Program-made: the position numbers and the translations under genes
In this document: positions 21,561-43,789 of the stretch, piece after piece
Position numbering within the stretch: position 1 is the first letter of the stretch
How the letters are laid out: each line of letters opens with the position of its first letter
The notes under the pieces: generated by a model
Told to the model about the DNA's origin: nothing
Databases searched by the model: none
The model's input: only the letters and a program-made list of their open reading frames with translations
Source of the DNA: Zootoca vivipara
Lineage: Eukaryota
Assembly: GCF_963506605.1 (NCBI RefSeq)
Contig: NC_083278.1
Coordinates: 51,584,001 to 51,648,000 of the forward strand
Direction: 5' to 3'
DNA: 64,000 nt

Positions 21561-22316
21561 ACACAGGTGCATAGAGGCTGAAAATGTAAAGAACAACAGG
21601 GGGAGAACTTGCTTCTTTGCACAAGGAACATATCAACAGTGGTCTTCATCTGTTTAAAAAATAAATGCAGTATTACGTCTGCTCAGGTCCACTAGTAAAA
21701 AATGGGCTCGATGGTAAGAGAGACCTGAGATTCACCAGTGGATGTCTATTTGTATACACATGCCTGCACTGACTTACAACCCAATAACACCAACTTTAAC
21801 TCCAAAATAATCCCTATTTGTTGTAATAAAACTTACTAAATAATTAGCATTGGTTGTTTGAGAAATTTATCCAAGAAAAGTAGCAGCCTTTATGTCTTAC
21901 TCCCCCAAGAATGCTCCCGTTTTTTGGGGGAAATGTATATCTGAATATCTTTTTTTAATTCATTATAGATCAATTCCCAAAACATTTTTACTTTCCAGAG
22001 TTTTATCAAAGAATCAAACTCAATATGAGCTGTAACCTCCTTCTCATAGGCTGTGGGCAGGTGTGTCAAGTTGCGCCCAACATTGGGGGATTGCATCACG
22101 TGTTCATGATGTCACATGCATGACACAACCCCAATCCATCCAGACCCACTCAGTCCACTATCCACCGGACACATTTTCTGGAGGGGGTAACCAGGCCCCC
22201 CCAACAGGCTCCTATTGGAGCCTGGCTCCAGCATGTGAAGGAGCTGCCAAGACTGCCACTCTCTTCAACTGGGCTGCACCATGCGCATCTCCTCCTCAGG
22301 TGGGCCTGAGCCCTTT

Positions 22317-22753
22317 CATAGCTGCCAAGTCTCCCGTTTTCCCCGGGAAACCCCCGTTTTTACTTACCTTTTCCCGGTGGTCCCCCGTATCACTTCGTCT
22401 CCCGTTTTTCTCCATTATTTTCTCCTGCCGGCGGCCATTTTTTTTCCTGATTTGCCCTTCTATGGGCACAAAAAATGGCCGGCTTCAAAAGTCGCATCTA
22501 CGCATGACCGGAAGTGCGTAGGTGCGACTTCCGGTGTCCGCGGTGGCCATTTTTGTGCCCATAGATGGGCGGGGCGACACTGGAAGTTGCGTCGACGCAC
22601 TTCCAGTCATGCGTAGAAGCTACTTTTGAAGCCGACGGTGGCCATTTTTGGTGCCCATAGGAGGGCAAAGGGACACCGGAAGTTACGTCGACGCAACTTC
22701 CGGTGTCACACGGCTGCCGGTCCCGGATTCTGCAGTCCGGGACTTGGAAGGTA
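22317..22753. mobile_element. hAT-type MITE with internal CpG-rich palindromic repeats
   Basis: CATAGCTGCCAAG start, degenerate right end, 8-bp direct repeat agcccttt. Absent from the homologous block at about 9000. Confidence 0.65.
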
Positions 22754-23090
22754 AGCCCTTTGCCCCCAAATATTGATGGGGTTGAAGCCCCCTTCACCCC
22801 ATTTACTCGGTGTCCCTGGCTGTGGGCACAGCTAGGCAGAGGTGGGTGGAGTCAGCAACTTGGACATCAAGAGAAAAAGCAATAGAGAGAGTTAGAGCGG
22901 AGAGAGGGGAGAGCTTGGTTCTGGGGTTCAGCTGGCTAGGAGTGTAGCCCCTGACTGAGCTTTGTGTGTGTAAAATCCACTCTGAGGAAAAATATCTACA
23001 GCCAGAGCTCAGATTGAAAGGCCTTTAAGTGTCTTTAAAGAGTATTTACAGAAGAGATAACCGGGAAGCTGAATTGGGGACAGGAGAAGT

Positions 23091-23169
23091 CTTCTTCTTC
23101 TTCTTTCTTCTTCTTTGGCAATCACTCATAGCTGAGTAGGATTGTCTTCCATAAACACGGATTTAGCAA
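23091..23169 (-). mobile_element. 5'-truncated RTE 3' end (same family as 3070-5403)
   Basis: (GAA)n tail, matches 5345-5403, 11-bp TSD acaggagaagt. Confidence 0.8.
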
Positions 23170-24034
23170 ACAGGAGAAGTAGAGGTGTGAAGAAATACTC
23201 TACTTGGGTCCCGTTTCAGACTCAGAAGGGGAGAGATCTTCTGGAAAGAGAAGAATCCCAAACCGAAGGTGTGGTGATCCCCTGGGTCTGTTATACTGCG
23301 AGAGGAGCTTCAAGAGAGTGATTTATAGAAGTTTGGGAAACTTAAAGTAGTACCTTGTTTAAGAACCGAAGTATTAAGCTGTGACACCTATGCAAATAAG
23401 TTTAAGAAACTGAAGTTAATAAACTGAAAAGCAGCTGCGCGTTTAACCATCCCATTTAGAAGCCTATAACGTTCACTGAATTTAATATAAATAATTTCCC
23501 TAAGTACCCAAGTACCATAAAGTACCCTAAGTACAAAAAACTAACTACTAGTTGTAGGGAGGGCATGTGAATCCATTCTTTGCTGTTAAATGTTGGCTTC
23601 CTGGAATCTTTTTTCAATCACACATATCCAAATTATGCAATGCAGCTTTCCAACAGAAAGGGACCATGTTTATCATATTATACAAATAATATGATATAAT
23701 GCTTATTTTAGCCAAATATCCTACAGAAAGTGTTATATTAAAAAAAAAAACCATTGTGTGTGTATTAAACATGTTTGTCTATAAATTTGTATGTCAAGAG
23801 AAATCCACACTAAAATGTTGTCACTAAAAATTTCCATGAACTTTTTTCTTCCAAAAATCACAGACTGGTGCAGAAATATGGTGAACCAAAAAGAACAGTG
23901 AGAAAGTGAGAGGAAACAAAAGAGAGAAGATTCACTCATCCCTATTCTAAAGACTTTGAAGAAGAAGACGACGATGGCTCAACCTGTACTAAATCATATT
24001 ATGGCAGTTTATAAATACCAGAGTCTGGCTAAAG

Positions 24035-24170
24035 CAGGCATCCCCAAACTTCGGCCCTCCAGATGTTTTGGACTACAATCCCCATCATCCCTGACCACTG
24101 GTCCTGTTAGCTAGGGATCCTGGGAGTTGTAGGCCAAAACATCTGGAGGGCCGCAGTTTGGGGATGCCTG
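24035..24170. mobile_element. ~135-bp hAT-type MITE
   Basis: Terminal inverted repeats and 8-bp TSD ggctaaag. Confidence 0.9.
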
Positions 24171-25894
24171 GGCTAAAGTGTGAGATCCAATGAATGTGTG
24201 TGCTGCTAAACTCTTGGAAGAGTACAAAGAACCATTTTTATTCATGTATTTTTATAAGCTGTAAATGATGGAATCTGTGCTTTTTCATGTGATCACCTTT
24301 GTTGAGTGAACTACAGGGGGGAGAATGTATGTCAGACAATGCAAGGAATACACTCTGGGTGTACTTGTCTCTTATCAAACTTTGCTGCCTTGAACTGGCA
24401 TACAGTATGAAGGTACAGCTGTTTTTCTATAGGCTGGCAGGGCCTTGAATGTTAATTAATCATTGCCATTCAGTAGGAATCAAATGCTTTCTTCATCTAA
24501 AATATTTGTGAGGCAATTTTTATTGGAGTTCAAGTAAGTTTTCCCACAGAACCACTTGTTCAAATCCACTCAGGTCAACGTTTTGGGGCCCCTGCAACAT
24601 TTATCATCCTTGGGGCTTGGGGTCAGACGAGTTCCTCTGGAATCAGACTTTGTCACTCCAATTACCTAACCATTCTTCAGGTGCCAAAGGTCCTCTGAAT
24701 GTTTACCTGAAGTAAATCAAACTGTATTCATGCAGACTTATGCTCTTAATAAATTCGTTTATGAATGAAGCTTTTAAAGTGATTTTTCAGTGCAATAAAA
24801 CACAAAACAGGGTTAGTGCATATTGTGGACTATGTGCGTCACAAGTTCCTCATCTCCAGTGTTGTTGTTTTTTCCTCGGGGGACACAGGGGTACGTATAC
24901 CCCTAAATAGATATATATTTTTAATAGAAAAAAAGCACTGCTCATCTCAAAGTATGGACCACACATCATTCTTTCAGACCAAGGACTCAGCTACGTTAGT
25001 AAAAAAACAGCACTTTGGGTGCATTATAAATATGCAACACCAGATGGCTCTGGAGAACAAAAACAATTCTTTGCTATTTCACATCACTTTCCCCCCTTTT
25101 GCTATAATGATTTAATTTCTGATTTATTTATAGCGTCGTCCCCACCCCCACCCCACCCTGTGTGTAGATCCATCTCAAGTGAAATTGTGGAAAACTTCTA
25201 GTCAAAATGACTTGAAACACTCACCAACATGTGTTCCAACAATCACAGCTCTCCACCATTTATTTGCAACACATGGATTGGCAGATGCTATAACACGTGA
25301 CACCCTGTTCTAGAGAAGGACCTTAGCAAACAACTCTATGCATAATATTTCTTGCTTGGTTCCAACACAGCTCTAGATGGACTCCTGAAAAATTCTCAAG
25401 ATCTGGACAATTGGTATACACATGCGAGACAGAGAAAAAGTTCCTAGAAATATTCTCAAGTATAGTGTCCAATTTAGCCATGCTCCAAGAAGCCCACCTA
25501 AGCCATTTACTCAGTAAAGAGATAGGGCTGCTCATCCAACCTTATCCCACTGCTTTCTCCTGGGAAAACCTGACCTTTACTGCTGAATTGGAGCAGACAT
25601 CCATTGGATTTTCCATGGATTAACACTGGCTCTGATTCAGGGCTAAAAAAAACAGGTTTTCCCAGGAACTGTATATTATCAACATCTCATTGTGGAAGAA
25701 AGAAGGTGCCAATGTAAATGGGAAAGACATTTAATAAGCATATTCAACATATTTTAGAATTAAGAGCATATTGTGATGAACAAAGAATGTTTTAAGTACG
25801 GTAGGTTTTTTTTTATCCTCTCCATTGACAAAAAGTATGGTTCAGATGAGTACCACTCTGTATACAATTTTCTTCTTTCAAGCCGGAAGGAGAC

Positions 25895-34479
<8,585 letters not shown>

Positions 34480-34880
34480 TGCAATGGCTGCCTGTATAAG
34501 AATAAAGAAGAGAGCACAGTTCCCACTGTTACGCTAAAATGGGAAATCACAAGGAAATAGAGAAGTCGTTTTGGGAAGTTCTTCTGCACAATCCTATGCC
34601 TCCCTTCCTTTAGAGGTGAGCAACATAAAGGTCCATCATTTAAGGAACAGAAACTTGGCTCAGCATTGATGCAACAAAACATTCCCCCCATACTATACAG
34701 TAATTCCATTTTTTAAATGGTTCTGCTTTCAACTCACCCCAGTCCTTTACTATTTTACCCTCCCACTGTCCTTTAATTCTTCTTCATCTGATCTTTCCTC
34801 ATTTCTGAGAGAACCTTTTTCCAGACACGAGGACCCTATCCAGATCCACCTTGCTACTATGCTTACTCTGCCCCCAAGAT

Positions 34881-35238
34881 AAAGGGAAAGGTAAAGGACC
34901 CCTGGACAGTTAAGTCCAGTCAAAGGTGACAAAGGGGTTGTGGCGCTCATCTCGCTTTCAGGCCAAGGCAGCTGGCATTTGTCCACAGACAACTTTCCAG
35001 GTCATGTGGCTAGCATGACTAAACCACTTCACAACAGAACACCGTAACGGAAACCAGAACACACGGAAACACCATTTACCTTCCTGCCACAGTGGTACCT
35101 ATTTATCTACTTGCACTGGCATGCTTTTGACCTGCTAGGTTGGCAGGAGCTGGGACAGAGCTCACTCCATCATGGGGATTCACCTTCCGATCGGCAAGCC
35201 CAAGAGACTCAGTAGTTTAGACCACAGCGCCACCCACA
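34881..35238 (-). mobile_element. Sauria SINE
   Basis: Reverse complement of the GGTGGCGCTGTGG...ACCTTT family. Confidence 0.8.
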
Positions 35239-36729
35239 CAATAAGGCGGCACTAGGCAACTCTCTCACCATGACTCCATTGGTTTCCTCTCTTCAGTCTT
35301 CCCTTGTTGACTTCATTGTTTGCCTGGATTATATAGCAGCTGTGGGAGCATGCAGACCCCAGGCTAATGGATGCATCCCCCAGCCTCCCCTTTGACTGCC
35401 TTTCCCTCTAGTCCTGTCATCTCTCTTGTTCACATAGCAATTGGGAGAGTGTGGAGTCACCAAGCTGCTAGTCAGATGCCCAGTCAGGTTTACATCTGGT
35501 TCACCCAGCCGCAGTGTGGAGCCGACCCCCTGGCCCCTGACTGTCTCCACATATTTTTATGTTGCCCTTCATCCAAATAGACTCTGGGGTGGGTTACAGC
35601 TTTCATATTTCCTACTTTTTATTTTACTTATTTATGCCTAGCATCTCGAGTGCATGTATGCAGCATGCAAAATAGCAGGCCTTGGCCTCACTTTATGCTG
35701 TCTGGCATCATAGTTTAGTCAGTGCTGCCATCCTGACACACATTCTTGTACTCAGGGGAGGTGGGAAGGAAGCAAAAAACTTCCCACTGGAAATGGATCC
35801 ATGGGAAATGAAAGACTGTTGTCTGTTGGGAACTCTTGCAAATTCCTTCTCACCTCTTGATCAATCCCACAAGGCTTCTTGTCAGTGCCTCCACTCACGT
35901 CTTTTCCAGGCACAAAAATTGGCAGCACAGCCCTTTTATCTGAGACTGGGCTCCCTAAACTCCCCCACTGTAAATCATAAAGAAATCCCAAGATACCAGA
36001 GGAATGAGGCAGAAACAGGGAAATCCTCTGTGGGGGGGGGGAGGCTTCAAGAAATTGGGAGGATATATTCCATTTAACACACTAAATCAGGATATACTAC
36101 CTTGTGAAGGGGTGGTTTATAAATATTTCAGTATATAAAAAAGAAATAACAATAAAATAAAAGAGAGCACTTAATATTGATAAACAAATAAAGTGTCATT
36201 AAGCCTGAAAATCACTTCTAATTAATTCTCCAAATTCTTCTTGGGTTGCAATGCTAAGAAATGCAACAAGTTTTTGGCAGAAAACATCGTATGTACAAAA
36301 TAGTAACAAGAAAAATACGGCCTTTTGCTTTTCCCATGAATAAATCAAGTGTTGTATCCAATGCTGAATGAGCAGGATTCCACTTCCACAATGGGAGTTC
36401 CCCTTCCCTTTCCCTCCGTTTCCACGTTGTGCTCGAGAAAACCCCCCAGCCAGTACCCAAGCAGAAGTCGGTTGCCTGAAAACAACAGCAGCTATGGATA
36501 CAACCCAATGTTCATCTTAAAGGAGTTTAAAGGAGTTTCTTTCTTTGAAACTTGGGCATTCAGTCCCCTCAAAATAGCTACTAATCTCTAGTGACACCAG
36601 AAAAGGTAATGAATTGTGACAAGAGTTTTCATGCAACTGGTGAAATACATTGTTCCGCATGCAAGAAGGAATAGACTTCTTGTTTGTCATTTAGAAGCCC
36701 TGTTTTAACCTGGAAAGATTTATTTACAA

Positions 36730-36935
36730 CAAACCTACCTTTTCTTTTAAGAATCAAAGAGAAAGGGGAAGAGGGAGATTTTTTTCTGCAGCTTGGAGTA
36801 TTTCAGCTTTTCACGGCTGATATATTCAGGGCTCTCCAGGCAGCTATCTTATAGAATTCTGTCAGCTGATGAGAAATTGTTTAAACTCTCCCAATGTTTA
36901 AACTGATGACTCTTCCTTAGCAAATCATTATTGAC
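36730..36935 (-). promoter_or_regulatory. Putative promoter and non-coding first exon of SULT copy A
   Basis: TATAAG near 36848-36853 (minus), donor AAG|gtaggt at 36739/36738; homologous to the B and C blocks. Confidence 0.5.
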
Positions 36936-39130
36936 TTGTTGATTGGAAAGGCAGAATGGGCTTTGAAAAAGCCTAGAAGTAGATAATTTGAAGGACAAGA
37001 TGTCTCTCTGCACTCCACCCAGAGCTCGTTCCTCCTCTGGTCACTGCTATGGATGCACAACCTGACTGCCTCTATTCTGAGTGTTTTTAAGATTAACTGG
37101 TCTCCACCCTGCCACAATATAACAGAACTATGAGTTGTGGACTCCATTTTCCATCAGTCTGCCTTGCTGGGACTGTTCTCCTTTCCCAGCAATCTTGACT
37201 TTGGGGGTGGGAGGGTTGCAGGAAAAATTGAGGTTCAAAGTCCAGGACTGTCAGGAGTCAGAGGATTCAACCCCTCAAAGTAGGTTGCCAGGAATGGATA
37301 AGACAAGGAAAGTTCTTACCAATGCTTTTTAGTCAATATTCACAGAGAGAGAGAGCCTTAGAAATGCAGCCTCTTGGAGTAAATGGTGTTGCTCTGATTG
37401 AGTCTCCACCCCTCCCTCTCTCCTATTATGCATCATCACTATGGGTGCTGAAATGTGCCTTCTGCCTCTGAGCTCTCTGCTCTCCTACTTTCAATGCCCG
37501 TCGGGTTCTGGGAGAGGGAGGGTCTGGAATGCTTTCTAAAAACACTGTGTCCACCAGCTGTTCCCCTTCTGATGCTTCTTCTTCCTCCTCTCCCATTATT
37601 TCCCAGCTTTCCCCCTCATCTGCCTCTGAGCTGTGATCTCCCTCAAACGCCTGTTGTAATTATGAACTGTCTTCTTCTTCTCTGGAAGGCCCAGGCTAGT
37701 GAGGCAGTCTCCAGCATTTCTCCTCTGTCCAGTCCCTGACAAGGACTCGGGACTGCCAACAGACAGATAGAAGAGGTAGGATTAGGGCTGGGGCCAGGAG
37801 TCGGAGGCAGGCAACGCCAGCAGGGGCTTTGGGCTTTTAACTTTGTGTCCACACTGCTTCATTCATTCCCCAAGCATATTGCCTTTACATATATGGAAGC
37901 AGAGCATAACCATTGTACCTAGTAGCCATTGATAGTATTATCTTCCATGAATTTGTCCAATCCACTTTTAAATCAAAGCAAGTTGGTGGCCATCACTGCC
38001 TCTAGTGAGAGCATTTTCCATAGCTTAACTGTATGGATACCATTCCTCAAGGTTTATTCCCTTCTCACTTTTATATTTGTAACAGCTTTGTAAGGTAGGC
38101 AAGGTTAAGTTAATATATGCACGTACTGTAAGCAGCAGTTTTTGTCAATAGATTGTGGGTGGGTGGGTGTGCAAGCCACATACAGTGCACCAGGCCCCCA
38201 AAATCCTGTTGGCATCCCTGCCTGGGTACAATAAGGCAATAGTTCCTAATCTTTTTTTTGGGGGGGGGGTCACAGACCCCTTTGAGAATATGATGAAGCT
38301 ATGGACCTCCTCCCCAGAAGAATAACATTTGGCATACAATTTATTGCAGGGTGTGTGTGTGTCATTTTTGAGCCTGGTTCACAAACCCCCTGAAGTCTAC
38401 CAAGGGGTCCATGGATCCCAAGACTAAGGTTTCGGCATGAGTAAGTCTGTTACTCTTTTGAACTCTCCAGTTAGATCTTTAACAGCCTGCACTGAAAGCA
38501 ATTTGAAACTTTGACCCCAGGTAGGGTTGCAATCTTCTGTTGAATCCAAGCCTTGGTGACTGGAGGCTCAACATAGGACAGTACTTGCCAGGGAAACCAT
38601 AACTTGCCCATGGAGAAACCACTAGAGGCAAGCATAGTTCCCCTGTTAGTAAATAGTTCCCCTTATTTTAGTATCTAATGAACAATTAGCATCTGATCAA
38701 GGGACTCGCCTCAGAAAATATTTGCTTTATTTAAGTAGGAAAAAATATTTTAAAGCGCTTATCTCTTAATATGCAGAGACAGTGATGGAAATGAATACCA
38801 AGCTGTAGTCTTGAGAGCTGCTTTATCTACCAAGTTTTCTGCAGCCATAAACAAACAGCACCCCAAGTTTGGCTACAGGGGAAGAGCCCCACAGCTCTTT
38901 TGCAACTGCTATTGCAAAACTTTTGATTGCAACAGACATAAATATGTATCTCAATTGTGCTTGTGTTATCTTTCCCACCACTCCCTTTGGCAATAGGTAG
39001 GGCACAGTTTTGCACCATCAGCTTCCGTGCAAAGTATTTATTGATTAAATAATGGGCAGCTGAGTCTAAGCCCAACCAGCTCCAACTAAAGCATTTCCAA
39101 ACTGAAGATGAGATCAAGCAGACCGTGGTG

Positions 39131-39220
39131 CATAGCTGTCAAATTCTCCCTTTTTAAAAGGGAAATTCCCTTACGCTGAATAGGCTTCCTCGTGAGAAAA
39201 GGGAAAACTTGACAGCTATG
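39131..39220. mobile_element. 90-bp hAT-type MITE
   Basis: CATAGCTGTCAA...TTGACAGCTATG; same family as 40737 and 43538. Confidence 0.8.
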
Positions 39221-39348
39221 CCGTCGCGAGAGCACGGTCCACATAAAATTTGCCACACAGAGACCAACTTAGCTACCATCTCGGTGGAGAGGGAGGAGGT
39301 GAACCCTCACTTATCCCTGAGTGCTGCGCACCATGTGTACTGCAATAA

Positions 39349-39722
39349 GGGACACGGGTGGTGCTGTGGTCTAAAACACTGAGCCTCTTGGGCTTGCTGA
39401 TCAGAAGGGCAGCAGTTCGAATCCCCACGACGAGGTGAGCTCCTGTTGCTCTGTCCCAGCTCCTGCCATCCTCGCAGTTAGAAAGCACACCAGTGCAAGT
39501 AGATAAATAGGTACCGCTGTGGCAGGAAGGTAAACTGTGTTTCCATGTGCTCTGGTTTCCGTCACGGTGTTCCTCTGTGCCAGAAGCAGTTTAGTCATGC
39601 TGGCCACATGATCTGGAAAGCTGTTGGTGGACAAACACCGGCTCGCTTGGCCTGAAAGTGAGATGAGTGCCACACCCCATAGTCGCCTTTGACTGGACTT
39701 AACCATCCAGGGGTCCTTTACC
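39349..39722 (+). mobile_element. Sauria SINE
   Basis: tRNA-like head with B-box GTTCGAATCC, family core and tail. Confidence 0.85.
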
Positions 39723-39812
39723 TCTCTCTTTTTTAACTACTTAATCAAAAGAGGGAAACCCAAAAATCAAAAAGAAAAGAGATAAATGGGCTCAAGACTC
39801 ACTTTCCTCAAC

Positions 39813-40030
39813 TAGTGTGGCGAAATGGTTAGAGTGTTGGACTAGGACCTGGTAGGGCAGGGTTTGAATCCCCACACAGTGTCATGAAGCTCACTGCGTG
39901 ACTTTGGGCCAGTCAGTCACCATCTCTTAGCTTAACCTACCTCACAGGGTTGTTGCGAGGAAGAAATGGGGAGGAGAACCATGTACACCACTTTGAGATC
40001 CTTGGAAGATAAAGGTAGTATATAAATGTA
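39813..40030 (+). mobile_element. MIR-like tRNA-derived SINE followed by (CAT)n
   Basis: A/B-box-like head; core-like gtgactttgggccagtca and acctcacagggttgttg. Confidence 0.65.
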
Positions 40031-40043
40031 ATTCATCATCAGT

Positions 40044-40091
<48 letters not shown>

Positions 40092-40736
40092 ACAACCTCC
40101 TTGTCAATGTTGCTCTGGATAACAATCTCAGACCCTGACACTGATTTGAAGGCCACAAACACCTGTTTAAATCTTAACAAAGAATACAGAAACCAAAAAA
40201 ATCTTCAGACAGAAACTTGGCACCAGCAATTAAAGCGTAGTATAAAAGATAAAGACTGGAGAAAACTGGAACCCCTCCTACCCCACAGGGGCACCTGCGC
40301 AAAAATGGTTTCCCTCAGAACAAAGCACTGGGTGTGTAACTGCAGCTCAAAATGGCCTTTCTTGAGAAATTATTTGCTCACATTACCTAGAGCAAAAGGA
40401 GAGCAACCTTTGCACCTGATTAAACCAGTAAACAACTTTGGACACACTGCCTGCCCCTGCTGATCTACGAAAAAGCAACAGATACTGTACTTTTTTCCCC
40501 TCCTCCCCTTCAAGAGAATTATGGGTGCTTGGTCTGCTGGGGCCTCTGCTTCCCCTGTGGCTATCAGGTCAGAAATTTCCTAGGTCTTGCTTGGCGGTGA
40601 TTTTCCAGGGTCTTAATGCTTGGCTGCCATTTTGTATGGTGCATTTCCCTCCTGGTAAACCCACACACTTGATGGGGCCTTGTTAGGACCTTCTCGCTTA
40701 TTTTCTGCTGGGTTAAACCCTTTCCCAAATCCTAAG

Positions 40737-40826
40737 CATAGCTGCCAAGTTATCCCTTTTTTAAAGGGATTTTCCATTATGCTGAATAGGCTTCCTCGCG
40801 AGAAAAGGGAAAACTTGGCAGCTATG
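40737..40826. mobile_element. 90-bp hAT-type MITE
   Basis: CATAGCTGCCAAG TIRs; flanks atcctaag/ctcctaag. Confidence 0.85.
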
Positions 40827-42550
40827 CTCCTAAGTTTTCTATCTTTTTACTGTTTTGTCTAGATTCATGATGTTTCCAGTGAAGGGCAAGAGTAGACCCA
40901 AGCACAAGGGTTATTTGTGAAAGCTGAAATCACTTCCATGATTTCTTGTAGACAATTCATCCCTCTTTAAATTCTCTTTAAAATAAAATACAGTTCAGTG
41001 GCATTTTTTCAAGAAGCTTCATCATATGCTGTAATTGCAGGCCAAGGTGTGTTCAATGTTATTGTTTGAGACTCTTTCCTGCCATGGCATGTAACCCTCC
41101 AACAGTTTGACTTCAACCGCGGAGGCACATTCCTCCATTGCCTCCAGAGACAGACAGATGCCAACAACAACAATTATTGTTATTATGTTCATATGTAACA
41201 CTTAATATGTGGAAAGCACTTGACAGTGATTATGTCTTTCATCCCTGCTAATATCCTGGGTTGTCACTATCATAATGCACATCTTAGTTCTAAGCTGCAG
41301 TTACACGCCCAGTGCTTTGTTGCTGCTGCTATTATCGGATACAGTAGCATTTGTCATCATCTTATTTTTATTTAAATACATATATATACTTCCAGTTCCC
41401 TTTACAGTGCCATCACATCACAAGTGCATTTTACTTGGAAACAGAGAAGTCACTCTGTTGTCACAAAGTTGTCTTTATGCAAAAAGATCAACTCATTGTC
41501 ATCTGCTAGGATCCTCAAAGCCAATTCTTGGGAAATGAGATTACCCAAATTTTGACTTCATGCTATGAAAATTGCTGCATTACCAACTGAGTTGGTGAAG
41601 CAATATCTGTGATGATACTGTTTAGTAGTACATATATCCTTGTGAGACAGGAATTCCAGCAATGACTGTTATGGGGACGAAACTCAGTAGCAGGCTATGT
41701 GTCAATAATTATCTGGGACTGACTACCATCAAAGTTCGTATTGACCTACTTGTTGGCAAAATGCATATCCCTTTAAACACACCACCTCAAGAGGAGAGGG
41801 ATGTTTTGCAAGTGAGAAACCAGGTCATTGAATCTGCCTGAATGGTGTACATATAACCCAGAATGTAGATCCAAACCCAAACTAAAGCAAAGCTTTATTT
41901 TATTGTAAGAAAAGCGAGAAGGAGATTGTCAGGCTGCATGGTAGCATTAATTATTAAAACTTACCGTACCCATTCATAACTCTAAAGAGAGAAAAAGTTC
42001 CTACTGCTACAAGAAAGAGCTTGTGTCAGAAGTTGCTTATCTTAGGCTCAAGGGTGTAAGGAATGGAATACAGCTCCATCTGTGAAGCAGCTCTGACCAA
42101 AATACAGGGATGGGATTTGTACACCTCCATGTTTGCTCTGGCGCAACAGAAATCCCCTTCAGGGATTTCTGAATCCAATATTGCATCATTGGGAGCGTAG
42201 GTACCTAGACGGAGCTCAGATAGGATTCTTTCTAACTAAAACCAAGCTCTTAAATACCTTTTCCACTCACCAAATTCATGTGAAATGTGGACTTTGGGGT
42301 ACAAGGTGATGGTGTGCTGGGTGCCTTTTTTGGGTTGCCAAATCTCCAGCTCCCAATGAAACAGGGGCAGGTCTGCCACGGGCACACACCTTACAGAGGG
42401 TCACCAAACCAAAATGCAGGGGAACCACTACCTTACTGAGACTGGTTGCTTCCCTTCCAGGGATTGACTATAAAAGCAAGTGTCCTGTCATTTACAGACA
42501 ACTGGGGGAATGTTTGTTTTTATAATTTTTATATTAAGTTTTCAATTTTA

Positions 42551-42719
42551 CATTCTTAACTAGAGGTGAGGAACCTTTTTCATCCAGTGGGCTACATTCT
42601 CTTTTGGACAACTTTCTGGGGGCTACAGGCCATAGGCAAAGGTGGGCAGAGCAGCCAATCTAAATTTAACTTGGATGCTATTTTTTGCCTTTAACACATA
42701 CCTCTGTGTCCTCTATCCA
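42551..42719 (+). repeat. Left copy of a ~160-bp direct repeat flanking the DHRS1-like gene
   Basis: Aligns with 45812-45966, starting cattcttaactagaggtgaggaa. Confidence 0.8.
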
Positions 42720-43115
42720 CCTTGATTTGAACAAGGTTTTCAAGCAAAGTATTGGCTCCAAGTAGTAATTCGTAAGTAGCCTATTTACACTGAAACTCTC
42801 CCCCTTTTTCACAATGCCGGTTGTTGCTTTTTTTGCTTGTTTTTTAAATACATTTTTATTAAAGATTTCTTGGTTTACAAAAGTACGTATGTGCAACGTC
42901 TCCTCTTTTTTCAAGTTACATTTTCTACAGATCAGTTTCATTTGTTGAAACATTAGTGTTACATTAGGAAGAAAAGGGGGAAAGAGGTGGAGGGGGGAAT
43001 GGTGGGTGGGGTGGGGTGGGGTGGTCCGACGGCAATGCTTCTACTTAGTGTATGTGTGGGTTTTGTCTCAGCGGCAATAGTGTGGCTTCTCTTTACTATT
43101 TGCTTGTGGTGGGAA

Positions 43116-43655
43116 CAGGGCCGGATTTAGGTTTAATGAAGCCCTAAGCTACTGAAGGTAATGGGGCCCTTTATATATCCAGCTGGTCCTTTGTCAACAA
43201 CAAATTGTCGGTTTTTTGTGATGAATATATGCTACGTTGATAATTTATGGACCTAATAGTTATCTAAAGCCATTTGCACATGTTGCCATGCAACCAGTCC
43301 ATGCAGAATGTAGGCATCCTATATATAGAAATGAGCAAACCAGTGATATTTGAGGGAGCAGGCTAGCAGGCGGGGCCCAATACTTACGTCGTAGGAGCCT
43401 ACACAACACAAAACACTGTTGCTGTATGTAGGTTTTATTTTGTTTGTTTTTTATCTTATATTTTGGAAATGTACATCCAGGTTTTTCTCTTTATATTTTT
43501 TGGCGCCCCCTAAGCTTTAGCTTGCTTAGCTTATACTCATAGCTGCCAAGTTATCCCTTTTTTACAGGGATTTTCCCTTATGCTGAATAGGCTTCCTCGC
43601 GAGAAAAGGGAAAACTTGGCAGCTATGCTTATACTGCACGTACATAAATCCGACA
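43116..43655 (+). mobile_element. hAT (Tip100-like) MITE with a nested 90-bp MITE at 43538-43627
   Basis: CAGGGCCGGATTTA start; homologous to 61508-61924. The nested element has a perfect TSD cttatact. Confidence 0.8.
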
Positions 43656-43789
43656 GACCTGTCAGGAGTAAGCACTGAGGGTTGTTTCAAGGCTGGTTGC
43701 TCCCCACGCTTTGGAAGGGAGGCTTGTCACCCCTCGGCAGATACTGGGCAGCAGGCTTAGGTAAGCGGGTAGACTAGGGATGGGTAGAG

